DNA of 64,000 nucleotides from an uncultured Candidatus Rokubacteria bacterium. GTDB lineage: Bacteria > Methylomirabilota > Methylomirabilia > Rokubacteriales > DASRDR01. The DNA is taken from assembly GCA_963708025.1 (NCBI GenBank), contig CAVPSB010000044.1, positions 1 to 64,000 on the forward strand, read 5' to 3'. This document shows positions 1-9,144 of this stretch, piece by piece (the first letter of the stretch is position 1; each line of letters starts with the position of its first letter). The translations under genes were made by a program, and so were the position numbers. The notes under the pieces are model-generated. The model was not told the DNA's origin, did no database searches, and worked only from the letters and a program-made list of their open reading frames with translations.

Positions 1-590
1 CCGCCGGCGGAGACGATGATGGTCTTGAAGCCGTTCGCGCGCAGGTAGGCGAGCAGCTCGACCATGGGTTGATACACCAGATCGGTGTAGGGCCGTTTGA
101 ACTTGGGATGCCTCGCCGTGGCGAGCCAGTCCTTCACGATCTTCTCGAACTCCTCGGTGGTCATGTCCGCGTGCGTGGCCATGACGATGTCGACCATCGC
201 CTTCTCCCCGCCGGCGAGTGCGCCCTTCACGTCACCCTTGAGCAGCGAGGCGAACGGCTCCTTGTCCTTCCACTCCGGATGCTGCGGCGCGAGTGCCTTC
301 ACCCGGTCGAGAGCGAAGATCAGTTGGAAATACATCGGCTGCTCGGCGTAGAGCGTGCCGTCGTTGTCGAACGTGGCGATGCGCTCGGCAGCCGGAACAA
401 AGGCCGGCGAGCCCTTTTTCGTGACCTTCGCGACGAAGGCGACGATGGCTTGCTTCGCCGCGCCGTCGTTCCACGCTGGCAACGGGTCACGTGCCGGCTG
501 GGCGGCAGCGTACCCTGCGCCAAGTGTCAGGAGTGTCGCCACGGACACAATGCGGCTGACGATTCGTGCAATCTGTGGTTTCGTTCCCAT
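1..590 (-). CDS. Exported HAD-family hydrolase (runs off the window's left edge)
   Basis: Manual translation from ATG at 590 (RBS AAGGA): signal peptide, then DPLPAWNDG...IATFDNDGTL (HAD motif I)...YQPMVELLAYLRANGFKTIIVSAGG. Confidence 0.85.
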   Translation of the reverse strand, partial: MGTKPQIARIVSRIVSVATLLTLGAGYAAAQPARDPLPAWNDGAAKQAIVAFVAKVTKKGSPAFVPAAERIATFDNDGTLYAEQPMYFQLIFALDRVKALAPQHPEWKDKEPFASLLKGDVKGALAGGEKAMVDIVMATHADMTTEEFEKIVKDWLATARHPKFKRPYTDLVYQPMVELLAYLRANGFKTIIVSAG

Positions 591-754
591 GTCGTTGTCC
601 TTCTTGGCTTTGGTTGCCCAGCGGACTCTCTTGGTTCGCTCGTGAGGTCGCGGGCCGCGTGCGTGACGCGCGTCTCCGCGCCAGCACAGCCGCCGGGCGG
701 CCCAGTGAGGGCCGCCCGGCACGTAGGTCATCGGTTCACGCCTCCCGGTGCGCT

Positions 755-969
755 CTACTGGCTCGCCCGAGATGCCGCTTTCTTCGCAAGCTCCTCCTTC
801 AGAGCCTCGCCGGGTCCGCCGACCGGAGCTGGGTGAGGTCGAGGCGGAGCGGCCCGGCGCACTCGCTCACCACCTGTTCGAACTCGGCGACCACGTCGCC
901 CTCCAGCCAACCCTCGAGGCGAATGACCGAGATGCCCGATGCCTGGTCGCACGCGATCCGCAGCGTCAC
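755..969 (-). pseudogene. Small STAS-like protein, apparently frameshifted or truncated
   Basis: GTG at 969 gives MTLRIACDQASGISVIRLEGWLEGDVVAEFEQVVSECAGPLRLDLTQLRSAD, then a stop at 799; a plausible tail EALKEELAKK continues in another frame to 755. Confidence 0.45.
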
Positions 970-1041
970 GGTCGTCCGGCCCGGGGTTCAAGCACCGCGC
1001 TCGCGACCGGGCCGACCATCGGCAGCATCGCGATCAGAGAC

Positions 1042-1057
1042 AGCAAGATCACTGCCG
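1042..1057 (-). promoter_or_regulatory. Sigma-54 (-24/-12) promoter for the STAS-like/HAD genes
   Basis: Minus strand reads CGGCAGTGATCTTGCT, i.e. GG-N10-GC with TTGCT; divergent from a sigma-54 activator gene. Confidence 0.7.
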
Positions 1058-1157
1058 CGGAGCCGGCGGATGGGACCATGCGCGAGTCTGGCCTACCGTG
1101 GCGCGGCCTTGGAACCCAAACCCGCAGCGGCGGGTGTCGATCGCCGCGCTCGAAAAC

Positions 1158-1193
1158 CCGAGACATATCGTGGGAGGTCGTGAAATGTCACGG
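1158..1193. promoter_or_regulatory. Candidate enhancer (UAS) inverted repeat for the sigma-54 activator
   Basis: ccgagacatatcg...tgaaatgtcacgg (10/13 inverted match), about 100-135 bp upstream of the -24/-12 site. Confidence 0.45.
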
Positions 1194-1217
1194 ATTCTCT
1201 TGGTACACTAGGGCGCC

Positions 1218-2841
1218 ATGGAGCCGGGCGACGAGAGCGGCGGAGCCGAGCGCCTCATCAGCAACCTCACGGCCCGCTTCACGAGGCTGCCCGTGGAGCG
1301 CATCCACGAGGAGATCGAGCACGGCCTGCGTCGGCTTGTCGAGTTCCTCGACACCGACCGGAGCACCCTGTTCGAGTTCTCGCCGGATGGGACGCGCCTC
1401 ACGGCCGCCGCCTCGTGGGCGCGCCCCGGGGTGGAGCCCTACACCACACAAATCGTGCAAGCCGAGCTGCCCTGGTACCACGCGCAGCTCGTCCGGGGTG
1501 AGACCATCCGGCTCCGCCTTCCCGACGACCTCCCCGAGGAAGCGGAGGCGGAGAAGGCGTACATGCGCCGCCTCGGCATGCAGTCGAACCTGACGATCCC
1601 GATCCGGGTCGGGGAGCATCCCGTCTGCGCGCTCGCGACCGGCGCATTCCGCACGCCGCGCGACTGGCCGGACGTCGTCGTCGAGCGCCTGCGGCTGGTC
1701 GGGCACATCTTCGCCAACGCCCTCTACCGCGAGCGCGTCGAAACGGAGCTGCGGGCCGCCGTCACGGCGCTCGATCGGCAGAAGGGGCGAGCTCGAGGCG
1801 CATCTGGACGAGATCCGCCACCTCAAAGCTCAGCTGGAAGCGGAAACGGTCTACCTCCGTACCGAGATCCGGCGCGAGAAGGGGTTCGACGCGATCGTCG
1901 GCCAGAGCCCGGCCATTCTCGAGGTCCTCGCGAAGGTCGCCCAGGTGGCCCCTACGACCAGCGCGGTGCTGCTCCTTGGCGAGACGGGCACCGGCAAGGA
2001 GCTCCTGGCCCATGCCATCCACGACCGGAGCCCTCGCCGGCACGGGCCCCTCGTCAAGGTCAGCTGCGCAGCCCTGCCGCCGACCCTCATCGAGAGCGAG
2101 CTGTTCGGCCACGAGAAGGGGGCCTTCACCGGGGCGACCGGGGTGAAGGTGGGCCGCTTCGAGCTGGCCGACGGGGGCACGCTCTTCCTGGACGAGATCG
2201 GCGAGCTCACCCCCGACATCCAGGTGAAGCTCCTCCGGGTCCTGCAGCACGGCGAGTTCGAGCGCGTCGGCTCCGGCCGGCCCCGCCAGGTGGACGTGCG
2301 GATCGTGGCCGCCACCCACCGCGACCTCGAGCGGGCGATGGCCGACGGCCGCTTCCGCGAGGACCTCTACTTCCGGCTGAGCGTCTTCCCCATCCGGCTG
2401 CCGCCGCTGCGGGCGCGGCGCGAGGACATCCCGCTCCTCGTCTGGAGCTACATCAGCCGCCGGCAGGCCAAGCTCGGGCGGGCCATCGAGCGCGTGCCGA
2501 AGCGCGCAATGGCGGCGCTGACGGCCTACGCGTGGCCCGGCAACGTCCGCGAGCTCGAGAACGTGATCGAGCGCGCGCTCATCCTCTCGCCCGGCTCGAC
2601 GCTGCATCTCGAGGAGCCGTGGGGCGCCAAGGCCCGCAGCGCGGGCGGCCCACCGTCCTTCGAGCGCCTGGACGAGGTCGAGCGCGCACACATCCGGCGC
2701 GTGCTCGAGGCGTGCGCCTGGAAGATCGAAGGGCCGGGCCACGCCGCCGCGAGGCTCGGGGTCAATCCCGGCACCCTGCGCTCGCGAATGGCCAAGCTCG
2801 GGATCAGACGACCGGCACGCCCTGCCGAGCCGGGCCGATAA
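1218..2841 (+). pseudogene. GAF + sigma-54 AAA+ + HTH activator (FhlA-like), +1 frameshift near 1785
   Basis: GAF domain in the 1218 frame; after AAGGGGCGAG another frame gives ELEAHLDEIRHLKAQLEAETVYLR...GETGTGKE, ESELFGHEKGAFTGA, FLDEIGE, WPGNVRELEN and a C-terminal HTH. Confidence 0.85.
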
Positions 2842-3691
2842 CCCGAGCGCACGCCACGGCGGCCGTCGCGACGAGCGCATGGGCCGCGAGGAACCCGGCC
2901 GTGAAGACGAGCACCTCCGCCCGGCCGAGGATCGTCGCGCCCACGAGCGTCGCGATGCCGAGGTTCCGCGCCGACCAGGCCATCGCGAGGGCGAACCGGT
3001 CCCCCGGATCGCCCCCGACGACGGCGGCCGTCAGCCAGCCCGCGATCATGGCGACCCCGGCGAAGGCCGCCGCACCGACCACGACGGGGCCCGCGACCGC
3101 CACGAACCGGTCCACCTGTCCCGCGACGATGGCCGCCACCACCGCGAGCACGGCGGCGAGACTCGTCGCGCGAAGGGGCGCGGCCCAGCGCCGGGCTCGC
3201 TCGGGCCACGCCGCTCGCCCGAGCATCCCCAGGATGATCGGGACGAGGAGAAGGCCGACGAGCTGGCCCATCATGGGCCCGACGGGCACGGACACGCGGG
3301 CCTCGCCGCCAGCGGCGCGCCCGAGACTGAAGAGGAGGATCGCGGGGAGCGTCACGACGCTCCCGACGCTCGAGACGGCCGTCACGGTGACAGACAGCGC
3401 GACATTGCCGCGCGCCAGCGCCGTGTAGAGGTTCGAGAGGACCGCCGTCGGGCACGCGGCGACGAGCAGCATCCCCTCCGCGACGGCCGGCGGCAGCGCG
3501 AGCAGGTGCCCGAGCGCCACCGCGAGCGGCGGCAGAATGAGGACCGGCCCGAGGACACCGACCCCCACGAGGCGGGGGTGCCGAGTGACCCGTCGGAAAT
3601 CCTCGAGGGTGAGATCGAGGCCGACCACGGTCATGCAGAAGACGACGACCCCGGGGATCACGACGCGGACCAGGACATCGCCACCCATCAC
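2804..3691 (-). CDS. Bile acid:sodium symporter family transporter
   Basis: Multi-TM; MTVVGLDLTLEDFRRV, LVAACPTAVLSN, ARGNVALSV and ARNLGIA motifs. Confidence 0.85.
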   Translation of the reverse strand: MMGGDVLVRVVIPGVVVFCMTVVGLDLTLEDFRRVTRHPRLVGVGVLGPVLILPPLAVALGHLLALPPAVAEGMLLVAACPTAVLSNLYTALARGNVALSVTVTAVSSVGSVVTLPAILLFSLGRAAGGEARVSVPVGPMMGQLVGLLLVPIILGMLGRAAWPERARRWAAPLRATSLAAVLAVVAAIVAGQVDRFVAVAGPVVVGAAAFAGVAMIAGWLTAAVVGGDPGDRFALAMAWSARNLGIATLVGATILGRAEVLVFTAGFLAAHALVATAAVACARVIGPARQGVPVV

Positions 3692-4155
3692 GGCCTCGCC
3701 TCACCCAAGGGCTCCCGCGGGATCCCGTGCATCGCCTCGCTCATCGACCGGCGCCTTCCCTGAGACCGGACGAAGAGGGCCTCCCGAACGATCCCATTCT
3801 GGCAGACCCCGCCGCGCCGCGGCCCGAGGGTGTTGCCCCGGGTATGCCCTGGATCAGGACCTTCGTCCGGGATGAACGAGATGGTGGGCACATCGCGCGC
3901 GACGCCGCGTCGCCCGAGGAGAAGTGGAAGAAGCCCTCGCCGGCGACCCGCTGGTCCCGACAGACCGAGGCGGGAGCGTTCCGGTCACCAAATGGTAACC
4001 ATGCGGTGGAGACTATTTCGGTGACCGCCCTGATCGCCGGCTCGGAACTCCTTGAAGAACCTGCCCGGCACATCGGGGCTCGGAGGTGAGTGTCAGTCTG
4101 GAACGCTGGCAGTCGCACCGGGGGCTCGGCGTGCGCCGCAACCCCCGATGCACAT

Positions 4156-4205
4156 TGGAGCGGGCGACCGGAATCGAACCGGCGACGTCCAGCCTGGGAA
4201 GCTGG
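4156..4205 (-). pseudogene. 3' half of tRNA-Gly(CCC), att-site-like fragment
   Basis: Minus strand CCAGC-TTCCCAG-GCTGG-ACGTCGCCGGTTCGATTCCGGTCGCCCGCTCCA; D-arm and 5' acceptor strand absent. Confidence 0.85.
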
Positions 4206-4526
4206 GTCGGTGATTGCACCCTGTGATGGGCCGTGAGGAAAATCGAAAGGTTCCCTCTGACGCGGCAACACGGTGTGACGCGTCATGAGAGGGAATGATC
4301 ACGATCCGTGGTTACGATTTTGGTGACACGAGGCTACGCGTCGCGTCACGGCTCGGCGTAGGCGACGACTGGGCGAAAGCCGTTCCGGTGGACGTGCGAC
4401 CAGAGACGCCCGTCTGTCGGCTGGCGCCCGAACAGCTCATGGCAGGCTGGGCTCAGCAAGATCGCTGAAGAGGGCACGACCTTCGTGATAAACTGCCGCA
4501 GCAAGCATTACCACGTGAGCTCGACC

Positions 4527-4751
4527 ATGTCCAAGACCACCTTCACCGCCATCCTCGAACGCGAAGGCGACGTCTATGTCGCGCTGTGCCCCGAGCTCGA
4601 CATCGCCAGCCAAGGGGGCACGATCGAAGAGGCCACCGCGAACCTCCGGGAGGCGGTTGCCCTGTTCCTCGAGACGGCCGACTCTCGAGAGATCACCCGG
4701 CGCCTCCGCTCCGGCGTATTCGTGACGACGTTCGACGTCGTCGATGGGTAG
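4527..4751 (+). CDS. hicB: HicB-family antitoxin
   Basis: FTAILEREGDVYVALCPELDIASQGGTIEEATANLREA; overlaps hicA. Confidence 0.9.
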   Translation: MSKTTFTAILEREGDVYVALCPELDIASQGGTIEEATANLREAVALFLETADSREITRRLRSGVFVTTFDVVDG

Positions 4752-4962
4752 GCTGCGCGTCCTCTCCGGAAGCGAGGTCTGCCGCATCCTGGAACAGCAC
4801 GGATTCGCCGAGGTTCGGCGCCGAGGAAGTCACATCGTCATGCAGCGCCGGACCTCCGACGGCACGACCACGGTCCCGGTCCCGGACCACGCCGAGCTGG
4901 CCATCGGGACCCTCCTGTCGATTATCCGTCAGAGCCGCGTGCCGCGCCCGGCGTTCGAGTAG
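4744..4962 (+). CDS. hicA: HicA-family toxin
   Basis: LEQHGFAEVRRRGSHIVMQ...VPVPDHAELAIGTLLSIIRQ. Confidence 0.9.
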   Translation: MGRLRVLSGSEVCRILEQHGFAEVRRRGSHIVMQRRTSDGTTTVPVPDHAELAIGTLLSIIRQSRVPRPAFE

Positions 4963-5004
4963 CCGGAGTAGCTCCTACCCGGTTTCGGCAACGAACACGG
5001 TTCC

Positions 5005-5150
5005 ATCGCGTCCGCGCGATCACCGTCAGGGCGGCCGACCGGGATGAACTGGAACGCCTCCAGCGGTCGCACTGGATCCCGGCCCAGCTCAGTCGCCGCG
5101 CCTGCGCCGTGCTCCTGATGACCGACGACCTGGCGGGCATCGAGATCGCC
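5005..5150 (+). pseudogene. IS630-like transposase N-terminal remnant
   Basis: Translates HRVRAITVRAADRDELERLQRS...LSRRACAVLLMTDDLAGIEIA, resembling an IS630 HTH start, then breaks off. Confidence 0.5.
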
Positions 5151-5374
5151 GTGCCGCCACCTCTACCAGCGGGCGGCCTGATCGCGGTCGGTCGCCCGGC
5201 CCACGCTCGGCCGTTGGTGTCACTCACCACCCGCCCGGAGTGGCATGTCTTGGCTTCGCGGGAGGTCGGGCGTGGCAATCTCTGATCGCCGTCGCCCCAG
5301 ATGCCGACAGCTCATGCCCCCATCCCGCGTCAGAGGATCGGAAGGTCGGGCCGATCAGGTTTTTGACCAGGACA
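5150..5374 (+). mobile_element. Solo right end of an rve/IS481-like element
   Basis: Last transposase codons (HLYQRAA*), about 190 bp non-coding, terminal GCCGATCAGGTTTTTGACCAGGACA; both ends similar to 19671-19898. Confidence 0.6.
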
Positions 5375-5375
5375 G

Positions 5376-5443
5376 CGGTGCGCCCGAGCGCCAACCGCCG
5401 TGGTCCCTCCAGAAGCACCCGGGATGGTTAAACGGAAGGGAGA
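5376..5443 (+). mobile_element. Solo right-end fragment of the IS family at 22200-23508
   Basis: Aligns with 23439-23508 with 2 indels and about 5 substitutions. Confidence 0.85.
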
Positions 5444-5480
5444 GGTAGCCTCGTGATGCTACACTGGGGCTGAGGTCGCC

Positions 5481-5717
5481 ATGAAACTCGATCGCATCAG
5501 TGTGAACCCGGCCGTCTGCCAGGGTCAACCGACCATCCGCGGCCTGCGGATCACGGTCGCCTTCGTGATGAAGCAGCTCGCCGCCGGGATGACCGCTGCC
5601 GACGTCCTTAAGGCCTACCCCGAATTGGAAGCCGAGGACCTCAGTCAGGCCGCGGAATACGCCGCCTGGCTGGCCGGCGAACAGGCCCGCCCGCTGCCGA
5701 CACCCGACACCGGATAG
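5481..5717 (+). CDS. DUF433 antitoxin
   Basis: RISVNPAVCQGQPTIRGLRITV...LKAYPELEAEDL; extended -10 TGcTACACT upstream. Confidence 0.9.
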   Translation: MKLDRISVNPAVCQGQPTIRGLRITVAFVMKQLAAGMTAADVLKAYPELEAEDLSQAAEYAAWLAGEQARPLPTPDTG

Positions 5718-5720
5718 CCG

Positions 5721-6086
5721 GTGCGCTATCTGGCGGACGTGCACATCTCGCCGCTCAGCGTCCGCGCCCTCCGAGCCAAAGGTCATGAGATTTCCCGGAT
5801 CACGGAGTTCCTCCCGCCAACGGCGACAGACCTCGAGATTCTTGACATCGCACGGCGGGAGGGCGCCGTCCTCATCACGGCGGACCTGGACTTCTCCGCG
5901 CTCATCGCGACTCGAGGTGAGCCAGGCCCGAGCGTGATCTCGTTACGCCTGGCTCTCCCCTCCCCTCGGCGGATCACGGCAGTGCTGGAGCAAGCGCTGC
6001 CACGGTTCCAAGCGGAGCTCACGGCTGGCGCCATTGTCTCGGTCGACGAGTCTTCGATTCGCATTCGCCGTCTTCCGATCCGCTAA
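5721..6086 (+). CDS. DUF5615 PIN-like toxin
   Basis: MRYLADVHIS...DLEILDIARREGAVLITADLDF; follows DUF433. Confidence 0.85.
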   Translation: MRYLADVHISPLSVRALRAKGHEISRITEFLPPTATDLEILDIARREGAVLITADLDFSALIATRGEPGPSVISLRLALPSPRRITAVLEQALPRFQAELTAGAIVSVDESSIRIRRLPIR

Positions 6087-6697
6087 GCAGGATCACGCCG
6101 GAGAGCGGGCCGTAGGGCGCAAGGAATCGACTCACATGACCCTGGACGAGGGCGACGGGGACCGGCGGCCCCGCGAACGGCTCGGTCGTATCGGGCGCCA
6201 CCGCCTCCGATCCGGCAGCCGCCGTGACCCTCGGCGGAGTGCCACTTCCAGTGCGGGGACTTCGAGCCCCGTACCCTTAGTTCGGAACGAGGTACCCGCG
6301 CGCGTTCACGAAGGCCCCGCCTGATCCACGAGCTGACAGCCAGTGTCCGGAACCGACGACGATCCCGCTCCCCAAATCGACGCTGCCCCCCCCATCCGTG
6401 CCGAAGATCGGCCCCGACGGCAGGGCCGCGTCAACGCCGGGAGAAAGGAAGAACCCGATGCCAAGGGCGATGAAGGTAAAGGCGGGCGGATTTGCCTTGT
6501 CCTCAAGCTCTGGCCCTGACGTGCTCTCGTTGGCGGGGCGTCGGTCGGTGGCGGGGCTCGGCCACTCGACGGGAGGTCCGAGCCGTGGGACCGCGCCGAA
6601 TGGCTTTGAGAGGGCCGCTTCCTCGGGGACAGCCACAGTTTCAGCCACAGTAGCCTCGTCAGAGGGGACATGGTGTCCCACAAGCGATTGAAAAGAT

Positions 6698-6774
6698 TGG
6701 TGCCCCCGGGGTGAATCGAACACCCGGCCCAGGGTTTAGGAAACCCTTGCTCTATCCGACTGAGCTACGGGGGC
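6698..6774 (-). tRNA. tRNA-Arg(CCT)
   Basis: GCCCCCGTAGCTCAGTCGGATAGAGCAAGGGTTTCCTAAACCCTGGGCCGGGTGTTCGATTCACCCCGGGGGCACCA; full cloverleaf with encoded CCA. Confidence 0.97.
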
Positions 6775-6790
6775 AAGCCAATCGTTACAG

Positions 6791-8170
6791 CTACTTACGG
6801 AGCGACATTTCCTCCGAAACGGCTCCACCTTGACGATCACCTTGACGGTTCTCGCCGGACCGCGCCGCGATCCTCGCGGCGGCCGCCCTCAGATCCGCCG
6901 GGGCCACGATGTGATAGCGATCGAACACCGACCGCGTCTTGTGGCCCGTGATCGTCATGGCGACCTTCTCGGGCGTGCCGTCGTTCACGAGGTTCCGGAC
7001 CGCCGTCCGCCGGAAATCATGCTTCAGCATCCCGGGACACCCCGCCCGCCGGCACTCCGTCGCCCAGGCCTTGCGGAAGTTCTTGATCCGGGTCCCCGCG
7101 AGCGGCCCGGTCAGGTGCGGGAACACGAACGGGACGATGCGCCCCAGGCGACGCTCCAACCCCCGGACACGCTCCAGTTGCGCGGTGAGGGCGGTCGTCC
7201 CCTCGGGGGTGAGGTAGACGACGCGCGCGTCGTCGTTCTTCGTGCCCCCGGGCTCGAGGCGCACGGTCCCCGCCGACAGGTCGATCTGGGGTTTCTCCAG
7301 CGTGAGGACCTCGTCGAGCATCCGCCAGCCATAGGTGTAGGCCAGGTCGCACGCGACCTGGAGGTCCGGCCGGAGCCACCGCCGTACCGCCGTGTAGCGG
7401 ACCTCTTCGAAGAACCCCGCGCGCGGCGCCGCCTCTTTGAGGAGGCGCATCCGCGGGACCCGCAGCACCTTCTCGTGCTCGTCGCCGAGGCGGAACAGGG
7501 TCCCGAGAATCGACAGTTCCCGGTTGATCGTCCCATTCGCAAGCCGTGCCGCCTGCCGCGTCTCGACGTACCGCGTGATCTCCGCCGGGGTGATCGCGGT
7601 CGCGAGCCAGCCCCCGAAATGGGCGTCGAGAGGGCGGAGCCGCTTCTCCGCCTCCATCAGGTCGCGGCACCCGGTGGTCCGGTAGTGCCGCCGGAGGTCG
7701 GCGGCCAGCTCGTCGTAGGTCACCTTGTCGACCCGCGGCGGGACGGGCCGACCCTCGGCCACGCGTCCGACCTTGGTGGCGAGGAGCCGCGCCGCGGCCG
7801 TCCGGTTCCGGGTCCCGGTGCTTTCGCGCACGGACCGCCCCTGGACGAAGTACTGCATCCACCATACGGCCTGCTGCCGGATCGTGCCGTCCGACGCCTG
7901 GTACGTGGGGCGATAGAGCGTACCGGTGCCCCGGTTCAGGCGGCTCATGCGGTCGCCCTCCCCCTCGCCCGCGAGGGCTTGGAGCTGTCGCCAGAGTCGC
8001 AGACTCGGGCTCGTCCGCGCCCCGGCCTCCAGCCGTGCCACGTAGCTCTGCGAGACGCCGAGCGCCCGCGCCAGGTCGGCCTGCCGCCAGGCCCGCGCCG
8101 CGCGGACACGCCGGACCAGGCCGGTAACCAGCTCGCGCTCGCTCGGCCGCCGTGCATGCCCCACAGTCAT
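6791..8170 (-). CDS. Tyrosine integrase with in-frame N-terminal XRE-type HTH
   Basis: Catalytic R (YGWR), HDFRR, TGH, DRY; first about 74 aa contain QADLARALGVSQSYVARLEAG; internal RBS and ATG at 7948. Confidence 0.9.
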   Translation of the reverse strand: MTVGHARRPSERELVTGLVRRVRAARAWRQADLARALGVSQSYVARLEAGARTSPSLRLWRQLQALAGEGEGDRMSRLNRGTGTLYRPTYQASDGTIRQQAVWWMQYFVQGRSVRESTGTRNRTAAARLLATKVGRVAEGRPVPPRVDKVTYDELAADLRRHYRTTGCRDLMEAEKRLRPLDAHFGGWLATAITPAEITRYVETRQAARLANGTINRELSILGTLFRLGDEHEKVLRVPRMRLLKEAAPRAGFFEEVRYTAVRRWLRPDLQVACDLAYTYGWRMLDEVLTLEKPQIDLSAGTVRLEPGGTKNDDARVVYLTPEGTTALTAQLERVRGLERRLGRIVPFVFPHLTGPLAGTRIKNFRKAWATECRRAGCPGMLKHDFRRTAVRNLVNDGTPEKVAMTITGHKTRSVFDRYHIVAPADLRAAAARIAARSGENRQGDRQGGAVSEEMSLRK

Positions 8171-8502
8171 ACGCCTCGGAGTGTAGCACGCGCCCGGCCT
8201 GCATGCGGGGCCGTGTGGGCCGTGGTCACGAAAGCGCGCGGCGGCGCGGTTGTCTCAGTCGGCGATCGTGCCCTGCATGCATGGCAAGGCCGGTGCTCGC
8301 TGATGATCAAACTTCCAGAAGCATCTGACCCCCACGCGCGTGCCTGGAAATCCGGCACGTTACAAGACAGCGGCCCGCGAAAAGGACCCAGGCAAAATAC
8401 TCCACGACCCTTCACGGCTGCGCCGATTGCGAGTTCCCCGTGTGCCTCACCGAAGGACGGTGCTCTCGCACGTCCGACAGCGAGCGCCGCCGCTTGTTTG
8501 GG

Positions 8503-8817
8503 CTACGTCTCCACGCGATTCAGCCAGTACCCGGGCCTTCGCTTCGCATGGGCCACGGCGAGAACCCTGATCTCCGTGCCGAGGTCCATGAAGACGATGG
8601 CGTACGGAAAGCGCGGGAGCAGTGCGCGCCGGACGACGAGGTCCGCGGGCAGATCCAGAAGACGGGGAAACGACGCCGGCGAGGTTCCGATCAGTGGGAG
8701 GACGCGCTCGACCTCCGTGAGGAACTCCACCTCGAGCCCTGGCCTCCTGGCCGCGTACCACTGGGCCGCTTCAGCCAGTTCGGTCACCGCCTCTGGGGAG
8801 AGGCGGACCGCGCTCAC
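8503..8817 (-). CDS. RelE/ParE-family toxin
   Basis: ELAEAAQWY...PGLEVEFL...RRALLPRFPYAIVF...VLAVAHAKRRPGYW. Confidence 0.9.
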   Translation of the reverse strand: MSAVRLSPEAVTELAEAAQWYAARRPGLEVEFLTEVERVLPLIGTSPASFPRLLDLPADLVVRRALLPRFPYAIVFMDLGTEIRVLAVAHAKRRPGYWLNRVET

Positions 8818-9053
8818 CGACTCGACAGCCGGTTTTGAATCTGGGCTCGTGCCTCCGTCCAGGAAACCCCGGGACTACCTGCTATGGCAGCGCGCGCGCG
8901 CCGCTCGATCTCGCCGACCCACTCGGCCTCGGTACGGCGTTCGCTTGGCGTATCAGGCTCGAGCGTGGCCAGCAACTCGCTGACCAACTCGGCGCGCTGA
9001 TCGGGCGACAGTCGGAGCGCCTCCTGAAGCAGCCGATTCGTAGGGCTCGCCAT
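8814..9053 (-). CDS. Addiction-module antitoxin
   Basis: LLQEALRLSPDQRAELVSELL...EAEWVGEIERR; 4-bp overlap with the toxin. Confidence 0.85.
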   Translation of the reverse strand: MASPTNRLLQEALRLSPDQRAELVSELLATLEPDTPSERRTEAEWVGEIERRARAAIAGSPGVSWTEARAQIQNRLSSR

Positions 9054-9144
9054 GGAGCGATTCTACTCCCCTATGCTGCGGGCGAGAAGCGGTGCCAACT
9101 CTGGCAGGCCAGCGCGATCGACAAGTCTGACGGTTTCCGAGTCC

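Noticed and set aside
1218-3428. 736-aa ORF as one protein
   Set aside because: Only the first about 190 aa are GAF; the rest is out-of-frame read-through.
6277-6500. Small ORF ending GSGGAFVNARGYLVPN (serine-protease-like)
   Set aside because: Similarity is too short and there is no convincing start.
9121-9144. IS terminus at the pyk breakpoint, sharing 11 bp with 19538-19548
   Set aside because: The match is short enough to be chance and I could not assign a family.
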